A stretch of 64,000 nucleotides of DNA from Lama guanicoe. Its lineage: Eukaryota. Position numbers and translations under genes: made by a program. Below are positions 27,883 to 40,879 of this stretch, piece by piece. The first letter of the stretch is position 1. Each line of letters opens with the position of its first letter. The stretch spans positions 2,789,374 through 2,853,373 of the forward strand of contig MU054220.1 in the NCBI GenBank assembly GCA_013239625.1, read 5' to 3'. A model generated the notes under the pieces. That model was given only the letters and a program-made list of their open reading frames with translations. It searched no databases and was not told the DNA's origin.

Positions 27883-30800
27883 GAAGGACGAGTAAACCCC
27901 AAAGAATATTTTCTAATTAAAAAAGCCAAAATCTAATCAGTATCATGACATATACATTCACCATCTGTTAAGCAGCCATGTAGAGAATTTGAACTTTACC
28001 AAAAAAAAGAAAAAAGAAAGATTGATAATTCCAACTGCTACTGTTCCTTAATTCATCTAAATGGTACTGTACAAATTCCATGACACCTTGCAGAACTATA
28101 AAATATCTCTGTTTCCAACCCTCCAAAACCCAACAAATCCTCTTTATTAAACAACATATACAGTTCACTGTGTAAGATGAGGTTGTAGATGGAAAACAGG
28201 TGGTGTTTTCCAAGAATATATTCCTTCTTAGAAAGGTTTTAAAGAGTTAGAAGCTATTTGTCTAATTCTAAACCTGAAATTGAATATTTGAGAGTTTGGG
28301 GGAAAACTTTCTAGTGCCTTATAAAATAAATGAAATGTAATTATTTTTAGCTAAGTAGATTTTTGTAGATACTGACACCAGTATTCCTCCTCCCCTGTCA
28401 GAGTTCTGTCCTGTGTTTCACTGAACATTTCCTCTAATAACTTCAGTACATACCCTTCCATTGAGTTTCACTTACTGTATCAAGAAGGAGCTTATTTTGA
28501 TTTTATTGCTCTTTTTCCTCTATGTTTTTGTTCATGAAATGGTGGAATCTTCACTTAATTTTCTGTTGCCTTTAAGCAGCAAATACCTTTTACTCTGGAT
28601 TGTAATCTTGTCGTTAAAGTGATGCCAGTAACATACCCTGTTCCTTAGAGAATAATTATGTGGTAGCATTCTGAAGACTGTCATCCTTTCTCTTTCCTGC
28701 ATCTTCAGGGTTGATGAATGTCAGTGTTACTTATAAATGCAGTTGGTTAACTTTCAGTTGGACAGTAGAAACGTTTTTTTCCCCCCTCTCTTTGAGTAAA
28801 TTCTAACTTCACTAATAAATACAAATTCCTCCTTGTTAGTTTTTCTGCACACAAAAAATTTAGTATTCCCTAGTTTCATTTGAGCAATTGATGAGTCTGA
28901 AGACCTGGAAAGATTTTTCACTGCATTTTAGATAGGAAGATAGGTAAGATTTGCTCTTGACTTTCTGGATTTGTGAAAGGTTACAAGTCTCAGTTACTGG
29001 TATGAAGGGGGGAGGTTATATTTCAGATTGTGTTTTGATCATGGAGGAAAAAAGGATGACTTTTTAAGGCAATACTGTGTAAGAAGATGTCTGAGTAGAT
29101 GCAGCCCTCTCATAATTGATGCAAAAACAGATCATGCTGAGTAGAAAAAGTTGAGTGACTGTGTAGAAAAACAGAGACTTGAGGCACTAGCATCCAACTG
29201 TGGAGAGTAGGGCCTTGTGCCTGGAGTTTGTTTTGAGAGAAGCTCTCTAAAATTAGTGTGAAAATTTGATGGAAATAAACTGGTGGCTCTATTGAAGGAG
29301 TGGGGCCTATCCTTCTATCTCTGCATCTCCCTTCTGTATTGACCAAGGCCATGGCACTTGGAATGATTGACTTAGATAGCAGAAAAATTAACCCAATTTT
29401 CTGTTGAATCGGACCTATAAACTTCTCTGTTTTTCTTTGGGATTTGTCTTGCTGTCGTGTGAACATGTTTATAGTATCGCTGAATGTCACAATATTGATC
29501 ACGGTGACTACCTGTCTCAGAAACTGTGACTTCAAGTGTCAGAAGCCCTGTGAACCCTTCTGCCTGAACAAGCCCTGCTGAAACCTAGCGATGTGAATGT
29601 CAGGGGAGTCGGAGGCTTGAAATCACATGCTGGGTTTATGGAGCAGTTCTTGACAGATGGATTGAAGGGGGTGGTGCTGGCCATTCTGGATGCCTGGCAC
29701 ATTGATTCATTGTTTATTGAAAATGTATTAAGGAGATACATAATAAGATGATAAATTTTTAACTTTTTCTCCCTCCCTTCATTTTTTCCAACTTTTCCGT
29801 TTTCATTTCTTTCATTCCACCACTTCTTTTTAGCTTTTTTTTAGCTCTTATTAACCTGTTAGTGAGTGATGAATGGCCAGTTTGTGAGACTTAGCCTTTT
29901 TCTCAAAGCTTCAGGATAATGTTCCAAGATAATTAGTTATGTTTAAAGGGCTCCTTTATATGTGAATAACATTGAAAATATCAAATTGTTCATGTGAGTA
30001 TGACCTTCGTTAGTGACCAGTAGAAATCATGATTTCTTTGTTTCAAACACATAGTGGTAAAAGTATAGGCTCACTCCATGTGGAGAGGAGAGGCTACTTA
30101 AGACCCTAGCTTGATACCACGCAGCTAAGATTTATGCAGCATTATAGCTGTGTTCTCCCACTGCTACCCAGAATTGGTACTGGCCCAGATGGAGGTCCTG
30201 CTGGAGTTCATGTGACTGTTGTATTTGCCAGAGCTGCAAGACTGAACTAGGACAGGCTGGACTGTGGAACCTAGGAAAGCCAACTGCTGCACACAGCAGC
30301 TCTCCTTTATTCGCCGACCCTTAAGAGTGTGCACAGCCTCTGTTCACCTAAGGAGCGCCTGCACTGCAGAGCTCCCTGAACTTTAGATCATTGGTTTTCA
30401 AAATGCAGTGAATAGATGTTTAATTGACAGAAGGCATTAGTGCTTCCCCCGAACGTTGATGTTTTAAAAAAATTTCATAGACACGGACAACTACACACTT
30501 AGTATTCTTCTAATCTTCTGATGAACACAGCAAGGATTGCCGGGGCAAAGCATTTTTGAGCGGCTCTCTGAAAGATGCCAGCGCCTTCTTTCAAATAAGA
30601 CATTATTCAGCTCATATGATCTGACCCGTGTCCAGTCTGCACAGCTCGCTCTCTCCTTTTTTCCGCCTTTTCTCAAGGACTAATGTAAGTTTGCAAGGGT
30701 TCTGACACCCCCTGCTTTGTTTCAGGCCCTGGGGGAGGAACAGTTGTGAATGCAACGTGACTCACTGACTCCCACTTTCCTGATTCTGGTTCTGATTGGT

Positions 30801-32599
30801 CGTCACCTTGCTCTAGCCATATGGCTGCAGAGTACTCTAGCCTGCATGCCTTTCTTGTTCTTTCCCCTACTGTTCCCTTCTGTTGTACATAGCACTGGGA
30901 GTGGGTTCCCGGCTTTGTCTCTTGCATCTAGTTTAACCCGGTTAGGCAGTAGGTAGGAGAGCACCCTGTATCTCCTAAGGATGGCTGTAGAGGAGAAAAA
31001 CACCCTTTCCTTTTGTGCCTGGTGCAGTAATTATCTAGTTTCCTGTGCTGTTTTTGTTCAGAGTTTATTTTTTGGCAGATATCACATTTGTGTTGTATTA
31101 TTTACTCCTGATTTCTCTCCTCCCCCTGATTTAAGCTGGGATGATTTGTTTTTGTGTTTTTGGAAAAAGTTCTTGGTCCCTTTCTCTAGCTGCTGATGCT
31201 ACACTTTAGCTAGTTTGTTAATACGTTTGATTAATGCTGATTAATGTGTTGGGGAGGGAGACAGAAAGCAACTCTAAATATTTCTTTAATTGTAAATGTC
31301 GAAATGTTCTGGCAGTCACTAAGCAATAAAATCTACATGTGACACTCAGAATTATCCATAGCACCACTGCTGTTACCTCCCCTTCTCCTAAACTGTATCC
31401 ATTCAATTACTCTGCCTTTTGTACTTGAGAAATAGGATTTGAAAGTTATTTTTATAAGAATTTGATATTTTTATTAATTTGCATTTTTAGTATTCTGCAG
31501 ATGGTTTCTGGAAAGACTTTGGACTGTGCATCTTTTCTTTTTAATATTTAACTGCTCAAAGACAAAGTGCTAGAAAAGTATAAAGTATAGCAGACTTTCC
31601 CCCCCAAAATTGGCCTTTATATTCTGTTTTCATTGCCTAAAAAAATACTTAAAATTTTCCCAAGTATACATATTGTATTGACTTAAAGGTTTTAAAAATC
31701 CATTTTGTAAATATCTTAATGTTCAAATATGTTAAGCAAGTAACCTTCAGGTTTGGATTCTTTAGAGAATATGTGTAGTGAGGTTGATTAAACTCATAAG
31801 CAAGAATGTGAAAATCAACCTGGCCCTTACGATTTCACTTAACCCTTTATTTAAAGATCTTCATTCACTTCTTCTCTATTTAAAATCTGTATTAGAGAAT
31901 AGCAGTCTAGTTTTGCCAGAAATAACAAACCTCAGCTGATGAGCTCGCTTGACAGTGGAGGAGAGGAGTGCTGCTTGTACTTTCTTCCCAACATTAGAGC
32001 AGGAGAGTCAGAACCCAGGTCTGGCCCCAGATGGTTATTTTCTCTGAGCCACTAGCCAGTCTTTGGTCCATCACTTTACACATCATGTGAGGAGAACCAG
32101 GACAGTTACTTAGCTGCATCCTTCTAGATGCAGAGTTTAGTTGTGAACAAAATAAGTCCTTGCCCACGTGGAGCTTACATTCTGTTGAAATATATTATTA
32201 TAGTAATGAAGGTTTATACAAATATACAGTTTTTTTAATTTGAACAAGGTCTAGAAAATTCAAAAAAACCTTAATTTTAAATTTTCGTCCCATGTAACTA
32301 AAACTCTACTCAGCCTAAACAAATGTATGTGTTTCCACAAATCCTGTCGCAGCAAAGCAGTCTGCTCATGAGTTACATGCTTCAGTAATTTAGGTCTATT
32401 GTATATATTGTATAGTGCTGGGAATAAGGTTTCTTTGTTTAAAAGCCTGTTTAATGTTTGAAACTGGGATAGATACATGATATTTGTTTGATTAAAAAAA
32501 GTAATAATTAGTTAATAACTAATAAAAATGACTGGTATCTATGTTATCAGATGCAAAAAAAAAAAAGTACCTACCAATCTGTAGGAATCCTAAGGACGT

Positions 32600-32755
32600 T
32601 GTTAATCACCTCATTTTACAGAACGGGAAATTGAGACATAGATAGGTTAAGCGATTTGACCAACATCATATAGGTGGTAAGTAGCAAAACTGAAATTTGA
32701 ATTGAGGCAGTATGTCTCCAAAGTCATGTCTTTACTGCTACGCTATACTGCCCTT
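32600..32755 (-). mobile_element. MIR SINE
   Basis: ctcattttacagaacgggaaattgagacatagataggttaagcgatttgaccaacatca. Confidence 0.8.
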
Positions 32756-33034
32756 CCAGCCTAGCACACTAAGCTGGTAATAGCCAAGGAATCTTAGATC
32801 TGCTGTGTGACCTCCATTAGCATTTCTTCTCATCTGTGTGCCTCAGTTACCCTTTATGCATAAAATGTTTCTTATGCCATGGGTTTCTCCTCAGTTGTTG
32901 AATCTGTAAATTTTAGATGTAACGGGTTTTAGGTTAAGAAAAGATGTCAGAGGCATATAATTGCTGCATATTTCTATATAGCTGATAGAACGATATTCTG
33001 ATAGATTTTATTCTTTTTTATCCTCATTTGGTAG

Positions 33035-33238
33035 AAAAGAGTAGTTGAACAGCTACGGAAGAACCTGATAGTAAAGCAAGAACAACCAGACAAGTTCCAA
33101 ATACAGCCATTGCCACAATCTGAAAACAAACTACAAACAGCACAGCAGCAACCACTACAGCAGCTACAGCAGCAGCAGCAGTACCACCACCACCACGCCC
33201 AGTCAGCTGCATCCTCTCCCAACCTGACTGCTTCACAG
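33035..33238 (+). CDS. PHF21A: PHF21A/BHC80 coding exon (204 nt, phase 0-0), Gln/His-rich N-terminal region
   Basis: Pyrimidine tract plus ttggtag acceptor and CAG|gtacac donor. Translates [68 protein letters not shown], matching the PHF21A sequence as I recall it. Confidence 0.96.
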
Positions 33239-33835
33239 GTACACGTGTGGGTGGAGCGCTGCAAGCTTCATGCTATAGGCTGATTTGTTATTGGTCACGG
33301 ACAACTGGGTCTTGTTTCAGACTGTATTAAGCTCAACTAGCACTAAACAAAAGTTACTTTGGTTACTTTTTTATAGTACAACTGGGATAAGAATCACTTG
33401 AAATTCATTGGCAGAAGGAAATAACATTACTAAGGAGTAAAAGTTAAATGATTTCCCACCTGGCCAAAGAAGGGGGAAAGGTAATCAATGATAAAGAAAA
33501 ATCACTTCTCTGTGTTAGAACAGAACTGAAGTATTACTTTGAATTTCTGAAACTATTTATTTGCACTTGTTCTAAAAAATCTGTGTGACTTGACTTCTTC
33601 AGAAATTGTTTTTCTGGAATTCTTAGCAATTAAGTATAGAGATATTCCAGAATCAGTGCCCTTGGGACCAGGTAGAAAGAGGCATTTAGAAAGATGTATG
33701 TTTCCATTGTTCACAGAAACAAAATACTCATTTCCAAATCCACATTCACCTCTTAGGAGAATGCGTTTCTGTTCTGAAGGAAATGGAAGCTACAGGTCAC
33801 AAGTAGCACTAAGGCATGGAAGCTTAAGAACATTG

Positions 33836-33964
33836 TTTTTTTTGTGTGTGTGGCGGGGGTGGTAATTAGGTTTATTTATTTATTCTTTAACAGAGGTACT
33901 GGGGATTGAACCCAGGACCTTATACGTGCTAAGCACATGCTCTGCCCCTCTAATATTCTCCCCC
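33836..33964 (-). mobile_element. tRNA-derived camelid SINE (Vic-1-like), degenerate 5' end
   Basis: ggtaattaggttta...gaggtactggggattgaacccaggacctt is shared with the copy at 56 kb. Confidence 0.85.
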
Positions 33965-34167
33965 TCTAATAACATTCTAATTGGTATAGCTGTGCATATG
34001 ATTTCACTGAAAGGGATGTTTTCACAAGCAAATGATGTGAAGATATCGAAGTAGTCAAGGTACACAAAAAGGACATATTTGGGGATGGCATTCAGTTAAG
34101 TATTCATGCTCGATCTCCAAACACTTATATGTAATGTGGACCAAACCTTTTAAAATGGAACACTTGA

Positions 34168-34325
34168 GCAGTGGTTCTCGATTCTTGGAGGTCACAGACC
34201 CCTTTAGGACTGTTGAAAGCCATGGATTTCCTCCCCAGAAAAATACACATTTATACCTAATACACTCATTTATGCACATCGTTTCAAAAACTTTGGGATC
34301 TTCTAAAACCTAGGCATGGACACCT
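34168..34325. mobile_element. hAT-Charlie-type MITE remnant
   Basis: cagtggttctc terminus followed by gtcacagaccccttt...aaagccatgga...ccccagaaaaatacaca. Confidence 0.55.
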
Positions 34326-34489
34326 CTCACCCACCAACACCATCTTCACTATAGTTTTATATGTAGAGGAAAAGATTTTAGTTTACTTGATCATTCACTG
34401 TTTATGGACACTGGGCTGGTTCAGATACAATATTTTGCAAATGAAAAATACATTACTTATAAAAATACTGAAGATTACTAAGTAGTTGA

Positions 34490-34710
34490 CATTTAATAGA
34501 GGTTACTATGTACTGGCACCTTTCTAAGTGCTTTACATGTGTAATGTACGCAGCTCACACCCCAACCCTAATAAGGACAGTGTTGTTGTTATTATTGTTA
34601 TTATCTCTGTTTGTTAGAAAAGAAAACTAAGGCACAGAGAAATTAAGCAATTACCTAAAATCATATTTGTAGTATATGGTAGAGCCAAGATTTAAACCCC
34701 CATATTCTGA
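34490..34710 (-). mobile_element. MIR SINE
   Basis: tactatgtactggcacctttctaagtgctttaca...aaaactaaggcacagagaaattaagcaattacc. Confidence 0.8.
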
Positions 34711-35509
34711 CTGAGAAAAGCTCTCCTTTTGCTGGTCTTCTATACTGCCACACAATACCAAATGAAAAAAAGAAAAGAAAAGAAATCAAATCTCAACACT
34801 ATATAAAACACCAGAGAAGAAAAATGAGGAATGTCTGTTGTAAATCAGGTAACTAGAGTGGCCTACATCATTTTTATCCTAATCTCCAAGATTAATTGAA
34901 AATTAGGCATCCAAATTGACTTTAAGAGCCCTCTGACCAGAATTTATATTTCTTCTAAAAGATTGCCTATCAGTTTACTTTTGTTGGAGTTGTAAATGGA
35001 GTTGGATTGGTTGTCCTCTTCCCAAAGTACAGTTTGATCAAAAAGTGTTTGTGTGGAAGGAGTGTGGTATAATTCGTTGTTTCCTGGTATGTGGGAGTTT
35101 TCTCTTTTAACCCATGGAAACTTCCTGTTCCAGTGCCATTCCACAGCACACAAATCAGAGAAAATACTCATGTAACACGTACAATAGCTGTTCTCTTCCC
35201 TCTGGTCACCTGAGTTCTGTGCTGCTTTGGAGTGGTAACAAGAAGGGCCTAGGGCTGTCCCCAGAACAGTGTTACGTGGCATCTCTCCATCTGGGAGCCC
35301 ACCTCATACACTTAATTGATTTAGCTAAGTGTGTTTTATGTTATTTTGTTTTGTTTAGTGTTAAAAGCCAAAAGATCGCTAGGTTTTGGGGTTTGTTTTT
35401 ATAGTAAACTGCCAGTAAGTGTTTATTGGGTGCTCTCTGTGTGCTGGCTTCTAGTATACAAAGAGATAGTAATGATCCCTGCCTAGAATCTGGTGTACAA
35501 TGATACTTA

Positions 35510-36050
35510 TTTTCATTCATTATGTAAGTATTTATTGATTCTCTACTATATGCAAGCACTGTGCTAAGCAATGTAGAGGATAAATTCACAAATAAGACAG
35601 GATTTCTATCTTCAAGAATTCAAAAAAATTTAGAGAAAGAGAGGAAGATATAAACAGCTAACAAAGAAGAATAAATGGAAGGAGCTGTGAAATACCAGAG
35701 GATGATAATATTGAATAGAGGGGTCAGTGTGCTTCATAAAGGAGATGGCTTCTGACCAGGGCCTTGACAGATAAATGAGATTTCAGTGACAGAGCAGAGG
35801 ATGAGGAGCATCAAGGTGTAGAGAACAAGGTGAACAGAAGTATAGACAGAAAAAGTAAATGCATGCCCTGGAAGTAGCAAGGAGGCTGATGTGGCTGGAG
35901 CATGGATTCTAGGAAATGATGGAGAGGGAGATAAAGCCAGAAAGGAAGGGAAAGGCTAGCTTGTGGAAGCTCTCTGATGTGTGGCAGAGCTTTTGGGGGT
36001 CTTGGCAGTTACAGGGAGTCATTAAAGGTTCATGAAGTGAAGGATGAGTG
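35510..36050 (-). mobile_element. LINE-2 3' fragment
   Basis: ttcattcatt...tatttattgattctctactatatgcaagcactgtgctaag is the reverse L2 tail, followed by a purine-rich body. Confidence 0.75.
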
Positions 36051-38098
36051 GGAATTTTAATATATGACATATATTAAATGTCTTAAGTCCAGAAAGGATT
36101 GACTATTAATTAGCAATCTGTGTGGGCAGGGAGGAGATGCTAGGAAGAGAAAGTTTTTTATTCCGTATCAGGTGATTAGCATGTACCAAGGCATGGAGGA
36201 GTCGGGGACCAGCTCCCTTTACTTAGCTAACTCCAACCCATTCTTGTATGTATATTTTGAAATTTTTCCAATCTACAGAAAAAAATGAAAGAACAGTTGA
36301 ATACAGGTATACTCTTCAACTTATATTCACAACCCTGTCATTTTTAATGATGTAATACAAATGTAAAGGAGCATGCAGTTAATAAAACCAAACAAAATAA
36401 ACCCTTATAGTAAAAAGAGGGGGGTTCTACTGGCAGTTGTTTGAGTGTACAACAGTTACCTTCCATTCAAAATTAAATGAGTAGTTTAAAATAGATGTGG
36501 AAGTTAATTAGAGCCCATAGTGACAATCCCTCTAAGTTATGATTTGTACATTGATGGGAGTCAGTCTTTTTAAAATCAATACCTCATGCTTTGCAGTTAA
36601 AAAAAAACAATAATAACTTAGCAAAAAAGTAAATAAAAGGATTTTACTCTTACTGCTTCTTGCCAGGTATTTTCTGCATTAATTTCATGCAATTTGGGTT
36701 TGGGGTTTTGTCAAAATGAAAGAACTCCTTCAAGAAATTGGGGAAACTGCTGTCATCTCTTGAAGGTGATCATACTTGCACAGCATCAGTCAGCCAAGGA
36801 CTAGTCACAGCTTCCTTAAAAACAATTTTCTTTATTGTTGGACACCTTTGCTCTCTGTGTCTCCTCTTCCTCCTGCCAGAACAATTCAGAGGTTTTCATT
36901 AGGCTTGGATATCAAAATTCTAGATTCTCTTTTGTCATCTAAACTCAAAACTCAAGAGTTTAATTTATGTTTCCTAATTCACAGAATAAGGACCAGACTA
37001 AGAGTGAAGATCTAAGCAAAACCTGTGTCAATACCTGGTGTCAGTAAAAGATTAACGAATGTATTCTTCAAAAACTTTTCATTTGTGCATATTGTACCAA
37101 GTCTTGTGCTTGTATGTACAGAGTTATGTAGATGCTAGGATACATGTAGTGAAATTAGCTACAACTCAATATTATAAAGTAGAATAAAAATGCTAACCTA
37201 AGATGTGAACAAACTTGTTAGGTTTCAGTGTTTTTTTAGTGTTGAAGTTAATTGTAAGTATAGAATTCAGGTGAGTTTGAGATTTTACTCACTTTTTAAG
37301 AATAATCACTTTAGGATTATTCAAAATATTGATAACGACTTACCTGAACCAAGGATGTTTCAAACAAAAGTACATTGACCTCTTTTAAAGCAGTAACAAC
37401 ATGCACAACTGTTTCTAAAATCCGTATTAGTGAATTCTGCTGATTAGAGCTTTTCTTCCATAACCCATAGTGGCACCAGCATTGAATGCCACCTGATGTG
37501 ACTTGCTCACCACTTCAAAAGTTTTTTGTACTTAAATGTTTTAAATTGAAAGATAGAGCTAATATCACAATGGGTTAAAATACTTATTAAAAATGGCTGG
37601 TAATATAAAGTCAGTCCTTGCTGCTATACTACTGTAATGTTTCTGATGATAAATAGCATTTAGCTTTCATTTGGTTTTCATCACTGATAGGCAGTTGACA
37701 ACCTGCTACCTCCTAAAATAAACAATTATCAGTGTTCCCCTTTTACTCCCATTTCACATTTGAGGGCACAGTGGCAAGGAGAATAAACTCCTGTTTTGTT
37801 GACTTAGAGGAGAGGAAACAGATTTGGGTGCTTTTAATTACAGGCATCGGTGGATTGCTGATTAGGCTGTGGGATAGATGAGGCTGGATTATTACATTTT
37901 TTTGGTTAGAAGAAAAAAAAAGATATTAAAAGATTAGATAATACATACATGTATGTATGTGTTTAAGGCGGAAAAATTACCTAGAAGCAAACAACTTAAT
38001 ACACGAGGTCTTGCATAGATGCTGAACTAGACATTCACAAAGCAATCTGTCCAGATCTGTTTTAGGGAGAGTGGGGTCCCCTTCCATGGTGGAGGGAA

Positions 38099-38293
38099 GT
38101 GCTGTCCAGTAGAACTTTCTGCAGCATTGGAAATTTCCTCACTGTCCATTTTGGTAGCCACTAGCCACATGTGGCTGTTGAACACTTGAAATGTGGCTAG
38201 TGTAATTGAGGAACTGATGTTTTCATTTTTATTTTGTTTTAATTAAATTTAAATACCAGCATGTGGCCAGTAGCTATCAAATTGGACAGTGCA
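38099..38293 (+). mobile_element. MER3 hAT-Charlie MITE
   Basis: Terminal inverted repeats ctgtcca...tggacag and internal ggtagccactagccacatgtggctgttgaacacttgaaatgtggctagtg. Confidence 0.88.
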
Positions 38294-39320
38294 AGTATAG
38301 AGTAAGAAGAAAAAGGTAGAATAATATCAAAATCAGAACCAATGGGTTAGACCAGATCAGTTTTAATGTTCCTGAAATGTCTCTGTCTTGAGTGACTAGT
38401 AGCACTGGATAGATGTGTGTGTCATGTAATGAGGTTGTTTATATTCTCTTGTTTTATAAATGACTCCTTTAATTAACATAAAGCCTAGAAAAATACAGCT
38501 TCACAGCCATAGCAGCACTTCTGGAGCATCAGTCTAGTCTTCTCCCCTCAGTTTAGACTCTGATCTGTTAAGACTTTTTGAAACCCAGGTGTTTGTTTCT
38601 ATCTTGTCACATCTTACTGCATCTTTGATCACTTCTGCAGCAGTTCTCCAGAGAAAAGATTATAAGTAGTGACTCATATCCCTTTGGTATCAAGAGCCAG
38701 TATTTACTATACTAGTTGGTTAATAGGTTTTCCTGTGCAGAGTTTGGGATTTACTGTCTTTGAGGCAAAAATTATACTAATTCTCACATGAGTTTCCCTT
38801 CCTGCTCTCCAGGGTGACACTCAAAAAAATTAAAAGACACTGTCCTTTTATCCCAGCTTTTGTGTCACAGCAGGCCGATAACCAGAATTATATGGTAGCT
38901 TTCTTCATATAGTTGAGGTTGTAGCAATTAAGGATAGAGATGGTTTGTACCTCATTGATTTGCAACTTCTACAAAGTTTTAATTAACTGAGAGAAAGCAA
39001 AGGATTAGAAAAACCAGAAGAAACAGGTACACTCATATTCTGTATCTGTAAATCCACCCCTTTCCTTGTTAAAAACCCTGTGCCCATATTAGCCTGTAGT
39101 TATTACTATGAACTTGAAGCTAAATTTGAGAACTCTGGCAAACTATAGATTGCCTTTCCCTGTAATAGGAACTGTGCTCTGTGTACACAAAAGAAATGTT
39201 GTTATACCAAGAAACTTGACTGATTATGAGAATTATTGCTTTGTTTCATTCTGGAGGTGAGCGTATTGTGTAGTGGGATCACACTTCAGTGTCCTAATAT
39301 CTGTTCTCCATGTCTCCTAG

Positions 39321-39572
39321 AAGACTGTAACTACAGCTTCTATGATTACCACAAAGACACTACCTCTCGTCTTGAAAGCAGCAACTGCGACCATGCCTGC
39401 CTCTGTTGTGGGCCAGAGACCTACCATTGCTATGGTGACCGCCATCAACAGTCAGAAGGCTGTGCTCAGCACTGATGTGCAGAACACACCAGTCAACCTC
39501 CAGACGTCTAGTAAGGTCACTGGGCCTGGGGCAGAGGCTGTCCAAATTGTGGCAAAAAACACAGTCACTCTG
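39321..39572 (+). CDS. PHF21A: PHF21A coding exon (252 nt, phase 0-0)
   Basis: tgtctcctag acceptor and CTG|gtaagc donor. Translates [24 protein letters not shown]...IVAKNTVTL; overlaps ORF 39342..39713. Confidence 0.96.
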
Positions 39573-40789
39573 GTAAGCCAGCAGCTGCTACTCATGTGTG
39601 CCCACATGAAGGGTTCAGGATATGCATTTGTAGAGTATATCCATTTTATGCTTCTGCTGGATTTTCCAGTCTCCATCACTCTCCTACTGTACCAAATTCT
39701 CCTTTGGGGCTGACAAGGGAACATGGCATTCCTACTATCTATTCAAGTAACTATAGAGGTGTCCTGACACCAAGGACCAAAACTCTTTCAGGCATTATCT
39801 GAGGTCAAAGTATGACTTGACTTGAGGGGGAAAATGTCCTTCACAGGACATTCACACTGTTTTCACATATCTCTCCCCCATCTTATCCACAGTCCTTCCT
39901 GTGAAACTTGAGTGCTTAAGCTCTCTGGTGCTATATTACTAATTTGGGGAAAACACTCTGCTGAATTATTTTAGTTTGCTGTTCCTTGAAATTGCACCCA
40001 GGAAGTACTGGAGTTAGTTGGGACACTTTAAAAATATTCCAGAAACTCGCAGATTAACAGTATTCATATCTAAGGTCTATCAGAAAAAAGATCCCAGAAG
40101 GAAGAAGTACTTGAACAAAAATCATTCTTGAGATTTCTAGGGTAAAACCATCTAGAAGCTGATGTTCTCAGAAGCTTGGGGAAAATATATCCAAATTGTG
40201 GTTTAAACATTTGCTCCTAAAATGGAAGCTAAGAGCTCTTGGTAACTTTTAAATAATGACTAGTGGTGAGTGAAACTAGAGAGCATTAAAATGAAGCTTA
40301 CTACTTACCCAGGAATCTTTAGAGAAGTAACCAGACAACTCAGCCAGACACTGAGAGTTAGGAAATTCTCTCTAGGAACAAAGCCATTCACTGTTAGATA
40401 AAGCTCCTGTATTAGGAAATAGCCCATTTGATCTAGGCAGCAAGTTTGATTTTTATGTTGAATCCAGTCTTGACTTTTAAAATGCCTGAGTGCAGGAGTT
40501 CATGAGTGTCAAAGGAAGTTGTCTAAGATCGCTGAGCCTGCTATGTTCTACATTAGGTGAATAAGGAAACCGAAATGTGGTTGGTTCATATGGGGTAAAG
40601 CATGCAAGTGGGAGAGTAAAACAGTTTCGTAGGTAGTATTCATTCAGATGATTAATTCTACAATGAAAGCTTATAGAAAATATTGTCTGATCCAGAGAAT
40701 AATGATACTGAAAATACTTCAAGAATGCCTAGCTTTGATATTGAATAATTATTGTCCTCTCTGATTTAGTTATCTTTCTCATTTTTTAG

Positions 40790-40879
40790 CAGGTTCAGGC
40801 AACACCTCCTCAGCCCATCAAAGTACCACAGTTTATCCCCCCTCCTAGACTCACTCCACGTCCGAACTTCCTTCCACAG
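40790..40879 (+). CDS. PHF21A: PHF21A coding exon (90 nt, or 87 nt from 40793)
   Basis: attttttag|cag| tandem acceptor and CAG|gtgagt donor. Translates (Q)[29 protein letters not shown]. Confidence 0.95.

Noticed and set aside
1..33034. Additional coding exons or nested genes among the short ORFs
   Set aside because: No recognisable protein similarity, many non-ATG starts, and lengths expected by chance. The upstream PHF21A exon (NADLKKQ...) was not found.
32974..33264. Cys/Trp-rich antisense ORF
   Set aside because: It is the reverse complement of the CAG/CAC-rich PHF21A exon.
37941..37958. 18-bp palindrome ATACATACATGTATGTAT
   Set aside because: Low-complexity origin with no other support.
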